A stretch of DNA of 64,000 bases. Source: Octopus bimaculoides (Eukaryota). This document shows, piece by piece, positions 48,397 to 61,404 of the stretch. The position numbers and the translations under genes are program-made. Each line of letters starts with the position of its first letter. Position 1 is the first letter of the stretch. The notes under the pieces are model-generated. The model searched no databases and was not told where the DNA came from. It worked only from the letters and a program-made list of their open reading frames with translations. The DNA is taken from contig NC_068987.1 in assembly GCF_001194135.2 (NCBI RefSeq), positions 49,105,533 through 49,169,532 on the forward strand, in the 5' to 3' direction.

Positions 48397-48825
48397 GGCG
48401 GCGAGCTGGCAGAAACGTTAGCACACCGGGTGAAATGCTTAGCAGTATTTCATCTGCCTTTACATTCTGAGTTCAAATTCCGCCGAGGTCGACTTTGCCT
48501 TTCATCCTTTCAGGGTCGATAAATTAAGTCCCAGTTACACACTGGAGTCGATGCAATCGACTTAATCCCTTTGTCTGTCCTTGTTTGTCCCCTCTATGTT
48601 TAGCCCCTTGTAGGCAATAAAGAAATAAGAAACGTTAGCACGCCGGGCGAAATGCTTACCGGTATTTTGTCTGTCTTTACATTCTGAGTTCAAATTCCGC
48701 CGAGGTTGACTTTGTCTTTCATCCTTTCAGGGTTGATAAAGTAAGTACCAGTTGTATACTGAGGTCAATCTAATCAACTGGCCCTCTCCTCCAAAATTTC
48801 AGGCCTTGTGCCAAGAGTAGAAAAG
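48397..48825 (+). mobile_element. Dimeric SINE family B inserted as one unit
   Basis: Two tandem B units with different 3' tails, flanked by a perfect 16-bp direct repeat AATATTTCTTTTGAAA (48378-48393 and 48826-48841). Confidence 0.88.
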
Positions 48826-48971
48826 AATATTTCTTTTGAAAAACACTACATTTGTTTCAATTACGAAAATAACAAAGAATTCAGTAAAATAATTGTCATT
48901 ATTAAGCTGGAGTTTGGAACATAAATTTAATGTGGAATTTTAGTGGAAAGTTTCAACTTAGATTACTTTAA

Positions 48972-49192
48972 TCCTTTCATTACTATATTTCTAATGATAT
49001 ACACTGCCTGTGTTTCAATTAATTTTGAAAATAATGAAGAATCATGTAAAATAATTTTGTCCTTGTTAAAGCAATGTTTGGAACATGATTTAACATGAAA
49101 TTTTGGTGGAAGGTTTTAATTTAGATCATTTAAAAATAGAAAGTTTGTATTGTAGAACTGGGTCAGTATCAGGTGGGTTAGTATTAAAAGGG
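48972..49192. mobile_element. piggyBac-type MITE
   Basis: TTAA-TCCTTTC...AAAAGGG-TTAA; the internal part is duplicated upstream at ~48845-48965. Confidence 0.6.
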
Positions 49193-49370
49193 TTAAGGAT
49201 ATAAGTGAAATATTTAGGTAATTTCCCCTGCTCCTAATTTTAGAATTTAAAACTGATTTAAATATTTATTGGTTTTGAAATTCTTCCAACAACTGCCAGC
49301 ATATGGCATCTGATATGCTATGTGTTGTAAAAGAAAAATGACAAAGCAGATAATTACCTACTCATATTTC

Positions 49371-49965
49371 CAGGGCTGGCACTAGGAAGTGCAGGGCCCA
49401 ATTAGAGAATTGTCAATGAAGCCCTCTACTCTACAAAAGCTGAAGACTGATGTTTTATGCTTCATGTAGTATGCCAGTTTCAACTAAAAAGTATTGAGGG
49501 CTTGAGGTTCTACCATTAGCCACAATGATATACAAAAAATTGAAAGTTCATATGAAAGTTTTAATGTTTTACTACAAGTCAAGATAATTACTGACATACT
49601 GTTAATAGGCCTTTTACAAACAGACTTTTCTGGCCTTTTTATCTAAGAAGTCTTTCAAAATCGTTTCAAAGCAATGGTTTTTGTAATATTATTCTCTATT
49701 GGTAGCATCACTGAATTATTTAGTCTCTCTTGTGAAATTGTTGACCATAGCTATGTTTTAATCAGTTTTATTTTTTTTAAATTTCTTTAACTTGATGCGA
49801 CTGTTTGTTACAAGCATTGTTAAGTAAATCCTCAATGCAATAAAAACATCGGGAAATGCTTAATTCATTGTAGCATCCTCTGCTAGAGTGTGTACACAAG
49901 CCTTTTCTTGGCATGGGGCCCAATTTGAACAAATCTATCTAACTGGTTTAAAACTAGCCTTACAT
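49371..49965 (-). mobile_element. Internally deleted hAT element carrying the C-terminal dimerization domain
   Basis: Minus frame AFPDVFIALRIYLTMLVTN...ILKDFLDKKARKVCL*; terminus CAGGGCTGGC with GGGCCCAATT subterminal motifs at both ends. Confidence 0.75.
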
Positions 49966-50929
49966 ACTCTGCTCAAAGACATTCCATTAGAACTTTATAC
50001 AAAATTTAATTCCATATGCTTCCATTCACCTGGTTGTGACAAAAAGTATCACATCTTAGGAATGTTATCTTACTCATTCCTCACACCTTTAACCATCTCA
50101 CACTTTCCAATACTCTCTTGCAACTTCACCCATCCACACTCCCTGTTCTTCTGTCCAAACTTCCTCCTGATCACTTTCTTGTACTTTGATGGTCCAATCT
50201 GATACCGCATCATCACTGTTTTTATCTTGCTTTCTAGGTCTAACCCAATTGCTCCCACTTTCTCCTCTATAATATAGAGTTACCACATAACCCCTCTACA
50301 GCAACAAACCCATTCTGCTCTGGCACCTTCTTTCATGCATTAACCTCATAAAGCCACCTCCCCTCTACTGTAGCCCCACTCAATCAAAGGAAATCGTAGT
50401 CTTGCAAGCTGCATGGTGACCTCATTAGCTCTGATGACATGAGAAAAAAAAACAAAAAAAAAAACAGTAAACTCTGTAAAGTGGTGGAGGTAGTGGTGGC
50501 AGTATAGGTGGTGACATAGCTAGCAGCGGTGGCAGTGGTGGAGAGATGATGATGATGATGGTGATGATGATGATGGTGATGATGATGATGATGATGATGA
50601 TAATGATGGTGAGTATTTGAATTTATTGGATGTAGCTTTCATAGCATATGAAGACATGGTTCTTATAAATGTATTAAAAGAAATTAGTGATAACATTATA
50701 CTGTTGGAGAAACCTTACAAGGTACAACATCATGTTAAGTAGATTCTTGTGAAGTAATGTGGTATATACAAAACAACCTTGGTAAAGCAATTCCAGCTTT
50801 GATATTATTAAAGCAATCTTGATAAGTTTTTACATAAGGTTGTCAGATGCAATAGATTTAACGATACTTCAGGTATTTATTGCTGTCTGTCAACTACACA
50901 TGAATATTTAACATATAGTAGTTGTTGTT

Positions 50930-51545
50930 GCCATTGGAATGAGGCTAGCATGTAATGTAAGTGTACACATGTGACAAGGTGAGAGAGGAGTTAAGCATAA
51001 GAGGAACTGGATGCAATGTGCAAGAGAGAAGACTGTGTTGGTTTGGTCATGTGATGCATATAGATGCCAACAGCTCCATAAAGAAATGACATTCAGTCAA
51101 AGTGAATGGAATTCATGGAAAAGAGAGACCTAGAAAGAAATGGGAGGAAGTATTGAAGGATGGCCTCAGGATGCTAAACCTTTCAGGTGAGATGACAAGG
51201 ACTGAGATATTTGGTGCCTTGCTGTACTCAAGGAGACCCATTCTCTACAGCAGAAGTGTTAAGGCCACATCCCCCAGTGAAGTGGATTGGCTTGCATGAA
51301 TCCTGTGCCAGTGTCATGTAAAAAGCACTTGTACCAGTGTCATATAGAAGCACTCATACCAGTGCCATATTAAAAGCACCCAGCACACATTGGAAAGTGG
51401 TTGGCATTAGGAAGGGCATCAAGCTGTAGAAACCAAGCCAAATCAGATTGGAACTTGGTGCAGCTTCCCAGATTGCCAGCTTTGGCCAAACCGTTTAACC
51501 CATGCCTGCATGGAAAAGAGATGTTGAAGAATGATGATGATGACT
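50930..51545 (+). mobile_element. RTE LINE ORF end and tail
   Basis: GKERPRKKWEEVLKDGLRMLNL plus the tail consensus. Confidence 0.8.
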
Positions 51546-51997
51546 ATCAAATACTGTATTCTCTGGTATACAAGTTGACTATTTCAAACCAAAATTCCCT
51601 GCCAAAGAAAGGTAGTTCGACTTATTCACAAAGACAGATTTGGAGGAACAAACATTCCATGTGAAATGCAGCAGGATTTGGAAAGGTAGTGATGTTTGAA
51701 CGTTTACACTACATGTTTACACTATATACTATGTCGACTTGCATGCTGGAAAATATGATACACCATTTTTCTAAAGAATGGTTGAATGTGATTTGAAAGA
51801 AATTTGGCTGCTATTTCTTGCAGATTAAACAATCATGCAGAACTTCCTACCTCACAATTGTCGTTTAACCTTGAATTAGCCCTGTTTGAGCAAACTTATA
51901 AAATACAGTAAACAGGACAGCACTTATTTAATACCATAGATGAAATTAATGAGGAATTAAAAGTTTGAGATATAGATAAACTTTCAATGTGGGGATT

Positions 51998-52032
<35 letters not shown>

Positions 52033-52099
52033 ATACATACATACATACATATATACATACATACATACATATATACATACATACATACATATACATACA

Positions 52100-52133
<34 letters not shown>

Positions 52134-52499
52134 CATACATACATACATATAATATGAAAAAATTAGCATTTCAATATAAAGGCCCACTTGTTTGCTTGAG
52201 AACTCAGAGGTATCTTCAAAGCAGAAACCTAACCCAAATGCTTGTAATAGGGTGGATTTACTAAAACCACCCAAGGATGGTGTTACTACTAGGGGGTGGA
52301 TTAAATCACCTCTAAAGATGACCAAAGCAGGATTTGAACTAAAAATACAATAAAAAAAGAACAAATACTGCAAAGCATCTCATCCTATACTCTAACATGC
52401 TCACCATTTCATTTTGGAAGGATGAATAGCAAAGTTAACCTTGATAAGATTTGAACTCAAAACACAAAGTGCTGGAATAAATACCACTGGTTTGTTCAA

Positions 52500-52615
52500 T
52501 ATAGATACTGGGTTCAGTCCCCTTGCATAGCACCTTGGGCAGGTTCTTGCTATGGCCCTGGGCTGACCAAAGCCTTGTGAGTGGATATGGCAGACAGAAA
52601 CTGAAAGAAGCCTGG
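52500..52615 (+). mobile_element. SINE family A left half
   Basis: GGTTCAGTCCC...GGAAACTGAAAGAAGCC-type motifs. Confidence 0.7.
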
Positions 52616-52681
52616 TGTGTGTATATACATACATACATATATATANNNNNNNNNNNNNNATATATATATATATATATATAA

Positions 52682-52892
52682 AATTAGGAATATTGCATTT
52701 TAAATCTTTCAGAGAGAGTTATGCAGTAGCAGCATAATAAAGTGATGGGTTGTTGACAACTTAATGTGGCAGTCCCAGGAAAGGGAAGAATGCTACTGTT
52801 ATTTAGCCCCAAGTTGGCAACAAACCATCACTTTATTGTGCTGCTACGGCATAACTCTCTCTGAGAGATTTAGAAATGCAATATTTCTAATT
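52682..52892. repeat. Inverted repeat with ~81-bp arms and a 48-bp spacer
   Basis: 52682-52762 is the reverse complement of 52811-52892 with about 7 differences. Confidence 0.9.
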
Positions 52893-53584
52893 GTGTTGAT
52901 CAAACTACTCCAGACCGATGAAGGGCAAGCCTCATGAGGTGGGGTGGTTGTTGCAGTGAGTGTTGCTGGTCTTCTCTACAGCAACATCATCATGCTCATT
53001 ACTGCTGGGAACAGCTGAACACCCCACTTGTTCAAGGATATGTGGCCCATTGCTGCTCTCCTTCCATCATCTGCTGCCATACCTCCCCTGACTTTTTTCT
53101 TTCTTTTCCTTTCTTATCTCTTTCCTTTCCAATTTCTTTCTATTTAAATATTCTAATAGAATAGAAAATAACATGTAAAAAGTGGTTGGAGGACAAAATT
53201 GTTTTTAGATTGAAAATTGTTTACCATTCATCCTCCTCCTCATCATCATTTAACAACTATTATAACATAAGATGAATAATGATATTGTGCTCAGATAATA
53301 ACTTTATAAATGAAGAAAACATTGCAGCAATTCCAAACTGAAGTGCAAAATGGTGAACTGTAATGTCAATTGTCTGCAATGCAAAATGAACCGTCTGTAC
53401 AACAGTAAGCGTGTTAAGGCGAAAAGAGTAAATCCACAACAATGAGTTCGTGTATATCTAACATCACCTGGTGGAGTCCATAAAGTGTCCCCTCCAGACA
53501 AATCGATGTAAGCTTAAATAATAAACAACGTGGGCATGAAAATCATCACATGATAGAATTGTATCCACTGATTGGATGAATGAC

Positions 53585-54410
53585 ATTTAATAAACTATGT
53601 TTTGTGTTGAGGCAACTGGGATTGTCTCAACAACCCTGTTTCATGCTGACAAGAGTTGGATGGTTTGACGGGATCCAATGAGTTGAAGGACTGCATCGAA
53701 CTCCAACGTCTGCTTTGGCATAGTTTTTTTGGTTGGGTGCCCTTTCTAATGCCAACTACTTTACAGAATGTACTGGTTGTTTTTTTTTTGGGTGGCACCA
53801 GTACGAGTGAGGTTAGAATGCAGCTTGCAAGACCATGAGCCCAGAGAGAGGGGCAGCTTTGTACTAAGAGATGAAAAGTTAAAGTATAGGAAAAGGGGCC
53901 AGAGTAGAACAGGTTTTTTGCTGTGGAGGAGCTACATGGTTACTCACATTTTAGATCCACTGAAGGGTACCTGTGGAACTGTGGAAGGGGTAGACCCAAG
54001 AAGATGTGAGGCAAAGTGGTGAGAAAGAATCTTCAGATGCTGGGTGTCACTGAGGAAATGACAAGGGACTGGGAAATGTGGCAATTTGCTGTACTTGATA
54101 AGACACATTGAGCTAAATAAAATCACTGTCTTCCACACATACAGGCTTGTCCTTTCAGGTGATGGTGCCACTTAAAAAACACTTGTGCCAGTGCTGCATT
54201 AATGCACCCGTGCTGGTGCTGCATAAATGCACCCATGCTGATGCCTCATAAAAAGCACCCAACACACTCTGCTAAGCGGTTAACGCTAGCAAGGGCATCC
54301 GGCCATAGAAGCCATGCCACAACAGATAAGTTGGAGTCTGGACAGCTCCCTGCTAGCCAGCTCCAAACCATCCAACCCATGGAGAGTGGACGTTAAATGA
54401 TGATGATGAT
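53585..54410. mobile_element. Two oppositely oriented RTE 3' fragments (~53585-53960 minus; ~53960-54410 plus)
   Basis: Tail consensus in both orientations; the plus copy includes the GRPRR...DL ORF end remnant. Confidence 0.7.
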
Positions 54411-54674
54411 AATGAGTGGAAGTGCTATTTGTGTTATACTTATGAGATTTGGTTTCTTTTAAAGGTGATCTAATCTTTAAATTGGTGTTGGGTGGTGTCA
54501 GTAGAAATCAAAATGGTGAACTGTAAAGGAAGCAGGTAGAGGAATAGAGAAAAAGTTCAAGAAACATTGCTACACAAGATATCTGCTCTTACATGCCAAA
54601 TGGAATAAACACAAATGCAGACTCACTCTTTCTCTCTGTCATGATCTGTGTTTCTAACTCTATCTCTGTCTTTC

Positions 54675-54716
<42 letters not shown>

Positions 54717-55447
54717 ACACACACACACCTACACATACACACACCTACACATACACACACACACACACCTACACATACACACACACACAAACACACACAC
54801 ACAAAGAAACACACACACAAACACACACATGCACACACACACACACATACGCACACACACACACATACGCACACACACACACACACACATATGCATATTT
54901 TTACGTATATGAACAGATGCATTTATGTACAGTAAAGATAGGCACATAAACAGAAATACATGTACGTCACTACATCTCATTACCACATTTATCCTCTAAA
55001 TCTGAATTTGGTAGAACTGAAAGCGGGAAAAATAAATGAAATTTTATCCTTCAAATTTTATCCCCCTGTGGGCATTGTGTCGTGTTTGTTTTTTTTATAA
55101 GACACATTAACTCTACATCATTCAACAGGTTAGCAGTTTTCTTCAATTGAATAAAAGTTTTAAAAAATCAACAAAACAATAATCGGTTTATAATTTAGAG
55201 GTGTCTCATTATAAATGTTTGTTCTTTCACAGTATTTACCTCCTGACAATTAACATAATTATCTTACTATCTCTGTCTCCTTCTCTCTCTCTCTCTGTTG
55301 GTCTGCCTGACTGTCTTTCCATTTCTCCATATATTAAGTTATCTATCTATTTACATGCATTAGTTTATCTACTAGCACATCTAATTATCTATCACACTGT
55401 CTATCCTATTTATCTGTTTTTTAATCTGTCTAATCTATCTATCTATA

Positions 55448-55504
<57 letters not shown>

Positions 55505-55539
55505 GCTTGTCTGTCTGTCTATCTGTCTGTCTTTCTCTC

Positions 55540-55950
55540 TATCTAGCTGTCTGTCTAGCCTCTGCACTTCTTTTAAGGTACTTACCACATAATGCACATT
55601 TCTGCCAGAAATTTTATCATTATACCATGAATTGAGAATGCATTCTCTTGCCTCAGCCCCTTTCAATGAAAGCCTGAAGCTGCAGTGTTCTCGCACAATC
55701 TGTCACTGGATCATGTTCACACTCACTTAACACTGACCAAAGCTGACCTACATGAAGCCAACGCCACACAAAGCCCAGACTGCAAGCTAGGCACACAAGT
55801 GACACTGTTTGCTATTTGAGCCCACTCAAATAAGCACCTGCTGTCCCTTATACATCACCTCAGATTCCTTCTCCTAGTTGCTATGATCTTTCTGGACTTG
55901 CATCACATCCTATGCACCTTGCATTCTGCATTCATAATTTTGAATGTCTT
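55540..55950 (-). mobile_element. Ancient CR1-like LINE 3' remnant
   Basis: RRRNLR..., HCSFRLSLKG..., STLKEVQRLDRQLD resemble the CR1 ORF2 C-terminus. Confidence 0.45.
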
Positions 55951-56813
55951 TTAATTTTTGCATAGTGCACATTTTTGCAATTTTTCCTATTATCATGCAT
56001 ATTTTTTTTTCTTTTTGACAAACTAAGAGGACAAGGGATGAACAAATTGCTTCCTGGATTCTTAGGCAGGATTCAAACCCAGTCTAGATTTTTCTATGAG
56101 TCCCTTTCTATCATTTTGGCATTTACACTAAAAAATTTACGAGTCAAATGTCATATTTAGATTAGATTTCTATTGTTTCCAGAAGATTTTAAGGTTAAAT
56201 TCAATTCAGACCAGATAACAGACAAAAAATCCTTTGTTTAACTTGATTTAATTTAAGTAGGAAAATATTATAAATACAAAACCCAATCTCTATTGTTTCT
56301 ATTTCACTCAACACTGCTCTTTTACCTGGTGCTTGACCAAAGGAGCACTTCACACATGACATGTCATTGAGCGAACATTCAATTTTCACCCTCTCTGCTT
56401 GTCAACCCAGAAAGGTAAATTCCCTTATACTTTCTCTTTCTTTCTTCCATCCAACTCCTAGCAGTCACCAAAATTAACACAACTACTTAATTTCCCCCAT
56501 TTGTCATTTATAAACGAACAAAGTCTATCTGTCTATCTGTCCATCTCTCTATTTGTCTATCTGTATGTTTATCTTCCTAACTGTCTGTGCATTTATAACA
56601 TTAAACAGATTTATTATGTTTGTCTCTTATTCCTTCACTATCCTGCTCATCAACATTCTAATACAACTAAAAGAGAAGCCCTTGACAAGTGGTTATGAAT
56701 TTGCTAGAATGATAATAACTGTCAAGACTCATTTTAATTTACAAAGCTATGTAATATGTATGTATGTAGTTTATTTAAGCCACTTTAGTGTTACAAGTCA
56801 CTGGGCTTGCTTA

Positions 56814-56879
56814 AATGAATTACTGCACTCTATACCCATATTTAGCACTAAATATGGGTATAAAGTGCAGTAATTCATT
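56814..56879. repeat. Near-perfect 66-bp palindrome (32-bp arms, 1 mismatch, 2-nt spacer)
   Basis: AATGAATTACTGCACTCTATACCCATATTTAG-CA-CTAAATATGGGTATAAAGTGCAGTAATTCATT. Confidence 0.92.
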
Positions 56880-57993
56880 GTGAGTTTTCTCTTGTAGATT
56901 AATTTTTGTGAACCTGTGGATAGATAAAAAATTCGTGTTGTTTATGAATATGAGTTCCATCGTGGAACCAATGCATCCCAGACAGCTCGAAACATCAATG
57001 AGGTGTTTGGTGAAGATGTGGTGAATGTACATCGATGGTTTGAGAAGTTCTGATCTGGTGACTTTACTTGTAAAAATCTGCCCCGTGGTAGATTTGAGAC
57101 CAAGGTGGATAATGATGAGCTGGAAACTGTAGTGGAAGTGAATACATCTCAAACTATGTGTGAGTTAGCAGCAAGATTTGATGTTTCGATTCCAACTGTA
57201 TTGAACCATCTGAAACAAATTGGCAAGGTAAAGAAGCTGAACAAGTGGGTATCACACAAAATGAACTGGCATCAAATGACACATCATCTTGAAACTTGCT
57301 GTCATGGCATATACGTCAACCATTTTTGCATCATATTGTTATGTGTGATCAAAGCTGGATTCTTTTCAATAATAGTAAGCATTCTACACATTGGTTGGAT
57401 AGAGACGAAGTCCCAAAACACAATCCAAAAAAGATATGCACCAAAAAAAGCTAATGGTGTCTGTTTGTTGGTCCAGCATGAGTGTCATCCACTATGGCTC
57501 CATGAGACCTGGTAAGTCAATTACAGTGGATGTATACATCAACTGATTGGATGAAATGATGAGTGAAGTTGCAATTAAACAACTGAGCTTGGTCAATAGA
57601 GACAGCCCAATTCTCATGCAAGACAATGCTTGACCACATGTTGCACGAAGAATGCTACTCAAGTTACAGGAACTCAACTTGGAAGTACTCTGTCATCCAC
57701 CATATTCACCAGACCTTGCACCAATTGACTATCACGTTTTCCAGGCATTGGACAACTTTTTGCAAGGAAGAAACTTCAAATCTGAAGACAATGCATAAAC
57801 ATCCTTTCGTGATTTCATTACCTCTTGCTCTCCAGAATTCTTTGCTGCCAGCATAAATAAGCTACCAATGAAATAACAAAATTGTGTTGATAATTTAGGT
57901 GTATACTTTGATTAACTGCATTGCTTTTTGTTGAGATAGAGTAAAATAAACTTTCAGTTCAAAAGCGGATATTTCATTCTTAATGGCCTGATA
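56880..57993 (+). mobile_element. Mariner (DD34D) transposon, inactivated, left TIR not found
   Basis: YEFHRGTNASQTARNINEVFG, WVSHKM and MQDNA*PH...HPPYSPDLAPIDY (34 residues between the Ds); right terminus ...TTCTTAATGGCCTGATA. Confidence 0.9.
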
Positions 57994-58219
57994 GTCATTG
58001 ATCCTATGTTGGGTTCATCCATTCATTTGATGGGCTTCAGCTTTGTCCTAATCAGCCTAGCATGATGGTGTACCAGTTTAGTTACCAACAGCCCAACCAT
58101 GTAACAAGTGGTACTGGATTACATGTTACTAGTAGCCTTCAAAGTGATCTGACATAAAAAGAACACACACACATATCTATGTACACACACCCACTCAAAA
58201 ACATTTACACACTCCCTCA

Positions 58220-58257
<38 letters not shown>

Positions 58258-58364
58258 CACACTCTCTCACACACACACACACACGCACACACACACACTC
58301 ACATACACACATACAGAAACACACTCACCACACATATTTATGTGTTTGTGTATGTATGCATATA

Positions 58365-59211
58365 CTTCTATTTTTTTACTTGTTTCAGTCATTTGACTGT
58401 GACCATGCTGCAGCAGCACTTTAAAGGGTTTAATCAAAGGAATCGACCCCGGGACTTATTCTTTTTAAGCCTAGTATTTATTCTATTGATCTCTTTTGNN
58501 NNNNNNNNNNNNNNNNNNNNNNNNNNNNNNNNNNNNNNNNNNNNNNNNNNNNNNNNNNNNNNNNNNNNNNNNNNNNNNNNNNNNNNNNNNNNNNNNNNNN
58601 NNNNNNNNNNNNNNNNNNNNNNNNNNNNNNNNNNNNNNNNNNNNNNNNNNNNNNNNNNNNNNNNNNNNNNNNNNNNNNNNNNNNNNNNNNNNNNNNNNNN
58701 NNNNNNNNNNNNNNNNNNNNNNNNNNNNNNNNNNNNNNNNNNNNNNNNNNNNNNNNNNNNNNNNNNNNNNNNNNNNNNNNNNNNNNNNNNNNNNNNNNNN
58801 NNNNNNNNNNNNNNNNNNNNNNNNNNNNNNNNNNNNNNNNNNNNNNNNNNNNNNNNNNNNNNNNNNNNNNNNNNNNNNNNNNNNNNNNNNNNNNNNNNNN
58901 NNNNNNNNNNNNNNNNNNNNNNNNNNNNNNNNNNNNNNNNNNNNNNNNNNNNNNNNNNNNNNNNNNNNNNNNNNNNNNNNNNNNNNNNNNNNNNNNNNNN
59001 NNNNNNNNNNNNNNNNNNNNNNNNNNNNNNNNNNNNNNNNNNNNNNNNNNNNNNNNNNNNNNNNNNNNNNNNNNNNNNNNNNNNNNNNNNNNNNNNNNNN
59101 NNNNNNNNNNNNNNNNNNNNNNNNNNNNNNNNNNNNNNNNNNNNNNNNNNNNNNNNNNNNNNNNNNNNNNNNNNNNNNNNNNNNNNNNNNNNNNNNNNNN
59201 NNNNNNNNNNN

Positions 59212-59263
<52 letters not shown>

Positions 59264-59425
59264 GCGCGCGCAACAGGCTTCTTTCAGTTTTCATCTACCA
59301 AATCCATTCACAAAGCTTTGGTCAGCCCAAGGCTAAAGTAGAAGACACTTGCCCAAGGGCCATGCAGTGAGACTGAACTCAGAACCCTGTGGTTGAGAAG
59401 TAAGCTTCTTACCACACAGCCATGC
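58365..59425 (-). mobile_element. SINE family A halves flanking an N-gap
   Basis: Right half at 58365-58498 and left half at ~59270-59425, both on the minus strand. Confidence 0.7.
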
Positions 59426-59529
59426 ATGTAAACATTGCATAGATCTTGACCTATAGCTTTTATATTAATGTTGGAAAGAAAACACGTATCCTTTTGTGTT
59501 TTAAAACAAAACTAAATATGGGTTTTAGA

Positions 59530-59730
59530 TTTTGGCACAAGGCCAGCAGTTTTGGGGGAGAAACTAAGTTGATTAAATCAGCCTCAGTGCTCAATTGGTA
59601 CCTATTTTATTGACCCCCAAAAGGATGAAAGGCAAAGTTGACTTCAGCAGAATTTGAACTCAGAATGGGTGAAATGATGCTAAGCATTCTACTCAGTGTG
59701 CTAATGGTTTTGCCAGCTTGCTCCTCTAAC
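59530..59730 (-). mobile_element. SINE family B
   Basis: GGCAAAGTTGACTTCAGCAGAATTTGAACTCAG. Confidence 0.75.
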
Positions 59731-59827
59731 AAATCTAAATATTAAATCATGATTTGTTGAAGTTACTTAAAGTTTATTAAGAAAAGGAACACTGAAATTC
59801 TTAAAACAGAAGGTAAAGTTTTCCATC

Positions 59828-59872
<45 letters not shown>

Positions 59873-60193
59873 NNNNNNNNNNNNNNNNNNNNNNNNNNNN
59901 NNNNNNNNNNNNNNNNNNNNNNNNNNNNNNNNNNNNNNNNNNNNNNNNNNNNNNNNNNNNNNNNNNNNNNNNNNNNNNNNNNNNNNNNNNNNNNNNNNNN
60001 NNNNNNNNNNNNNNNNNNNNNNNNNNNNNNNCTGAAAAGCGAAATGTTTTCCATGCAGCAAAAGTTGATTTACTGACAGAGAACCAAACCACCATATAAC
60101 ATTTTTTTCACTCATTTTTGGATCATGATCATCATTATTATGTTCATTTTATTTTGTTTTATCACTATTATTATTATTATTATTATTATTATT

Positions 60194-60239
<46 letters not shown>

Positions 60240-60533
60240 CTTTTATGTCAACATGTATAAGATATAGAATAAATGATAAATCTGCTTTACCAATCTGCTT
60301 GTTTGCAGGTTACTTTCCAAGAAAAGATTTGCTTACCATTCCTCACAGCTAAATAAAATATAGCAATTTAGAATTTGTTTTATTTGAATATCTACGAGGA
60401 ATTGTTGAGGCCTTTTTTATTATTATATAATAAAACTAAAGGTTTAGCTGTTGTATGTTGGTTAACTTTAGAAGAATACTTTTATCATGATGGGTTACAT
60501 CAGAAAATATGGCATACATACAATAATCATCAT

Positions 60534-60534
<1 letters not shown>

Positions 60535-60571
<37 letters not shown>

Positions 60572-61240
60572 TTAATGTCCGCTTTCCATGCTGGCATGCG
60601 TTGGATGGTTTGACTGAGAACTGACAAGCCGGGAGGTTGCACCAGGCTCTAATCTGATTTGGCATGGTCTCGCTACAACTAGATGCCCTTCCTGCTAACT
60701 ACTAACCTATGTTGTGGGGTACATTCTTCACTTGGGAAAGTTTTGGCATTTATAAGTAGCAATCTTTCTCATTTCTTGATGAGAATGTAATCAATCTGAC
60801 TAGTGTACCCACCAGACTGGTAGGTGAACAGGTGACTGGTAGGTTTTCTGGAGTTAGTATTACAGATCATAAGATCATTTGCATCACAGAACTCCAGCAG
60901 CCTGGTTCCCTCTTCATTGTGGGAACAAAATCCATTGCCACCATGTACACCATGGAAGCTTCATGGATGTTGTCCAACATGTGCATTGAAGTCACCAGCC
61001 ACAAAGAGAAAGTCCCTGTCATTCATTGACGAGGTAGTCTGCAAGAAGGTGTCATAAAATCGGTCTTTCTGTTCATCAGGTAGCCCTGGCTGAGAGGCAT
61101 AAACTGAGATAATAGTTGCTAATCCATGTTGCAGCACTAATCTAAGCTTAAGTATTCTATCACAGACTCTGACTACCTTGATTACGTTATCAACCCATTT
61201 CTCAGCAAAGAGTATATCCATTCCCCCGACCCCCATCAAC
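60535..61240 (-). mobile_element. RTE LINE APE endonuclease fragment directly joined to a 3' tail
   Basis: ISVYASQPG...FYDTF...VAGDFNAHVG (APE domain) at ~60700-61240; tail at 60535-60692. Confidence 0.85.
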
Positions 61241-61404
61241 TTTTATTAATTTTCTTGGTGCTTATTACAAAGCATTTAAATGAATACTAATTTTTAAAAG
61301 AAAAATATTTATTACCTTAAAATAAAATTAGATAACACAAATTTCTCATTTGTATATTTTCAATAAATATATGTTATTATTTTGGGAAATTTTATCAACA
61401 TAGG

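Noticed and set aside
53469-56390. Additional minus-strand exon candidates (53469-53513; ~56326-56394)
   Set aside because: Weak acceptors, or all frames open; not distinguishable from chance.
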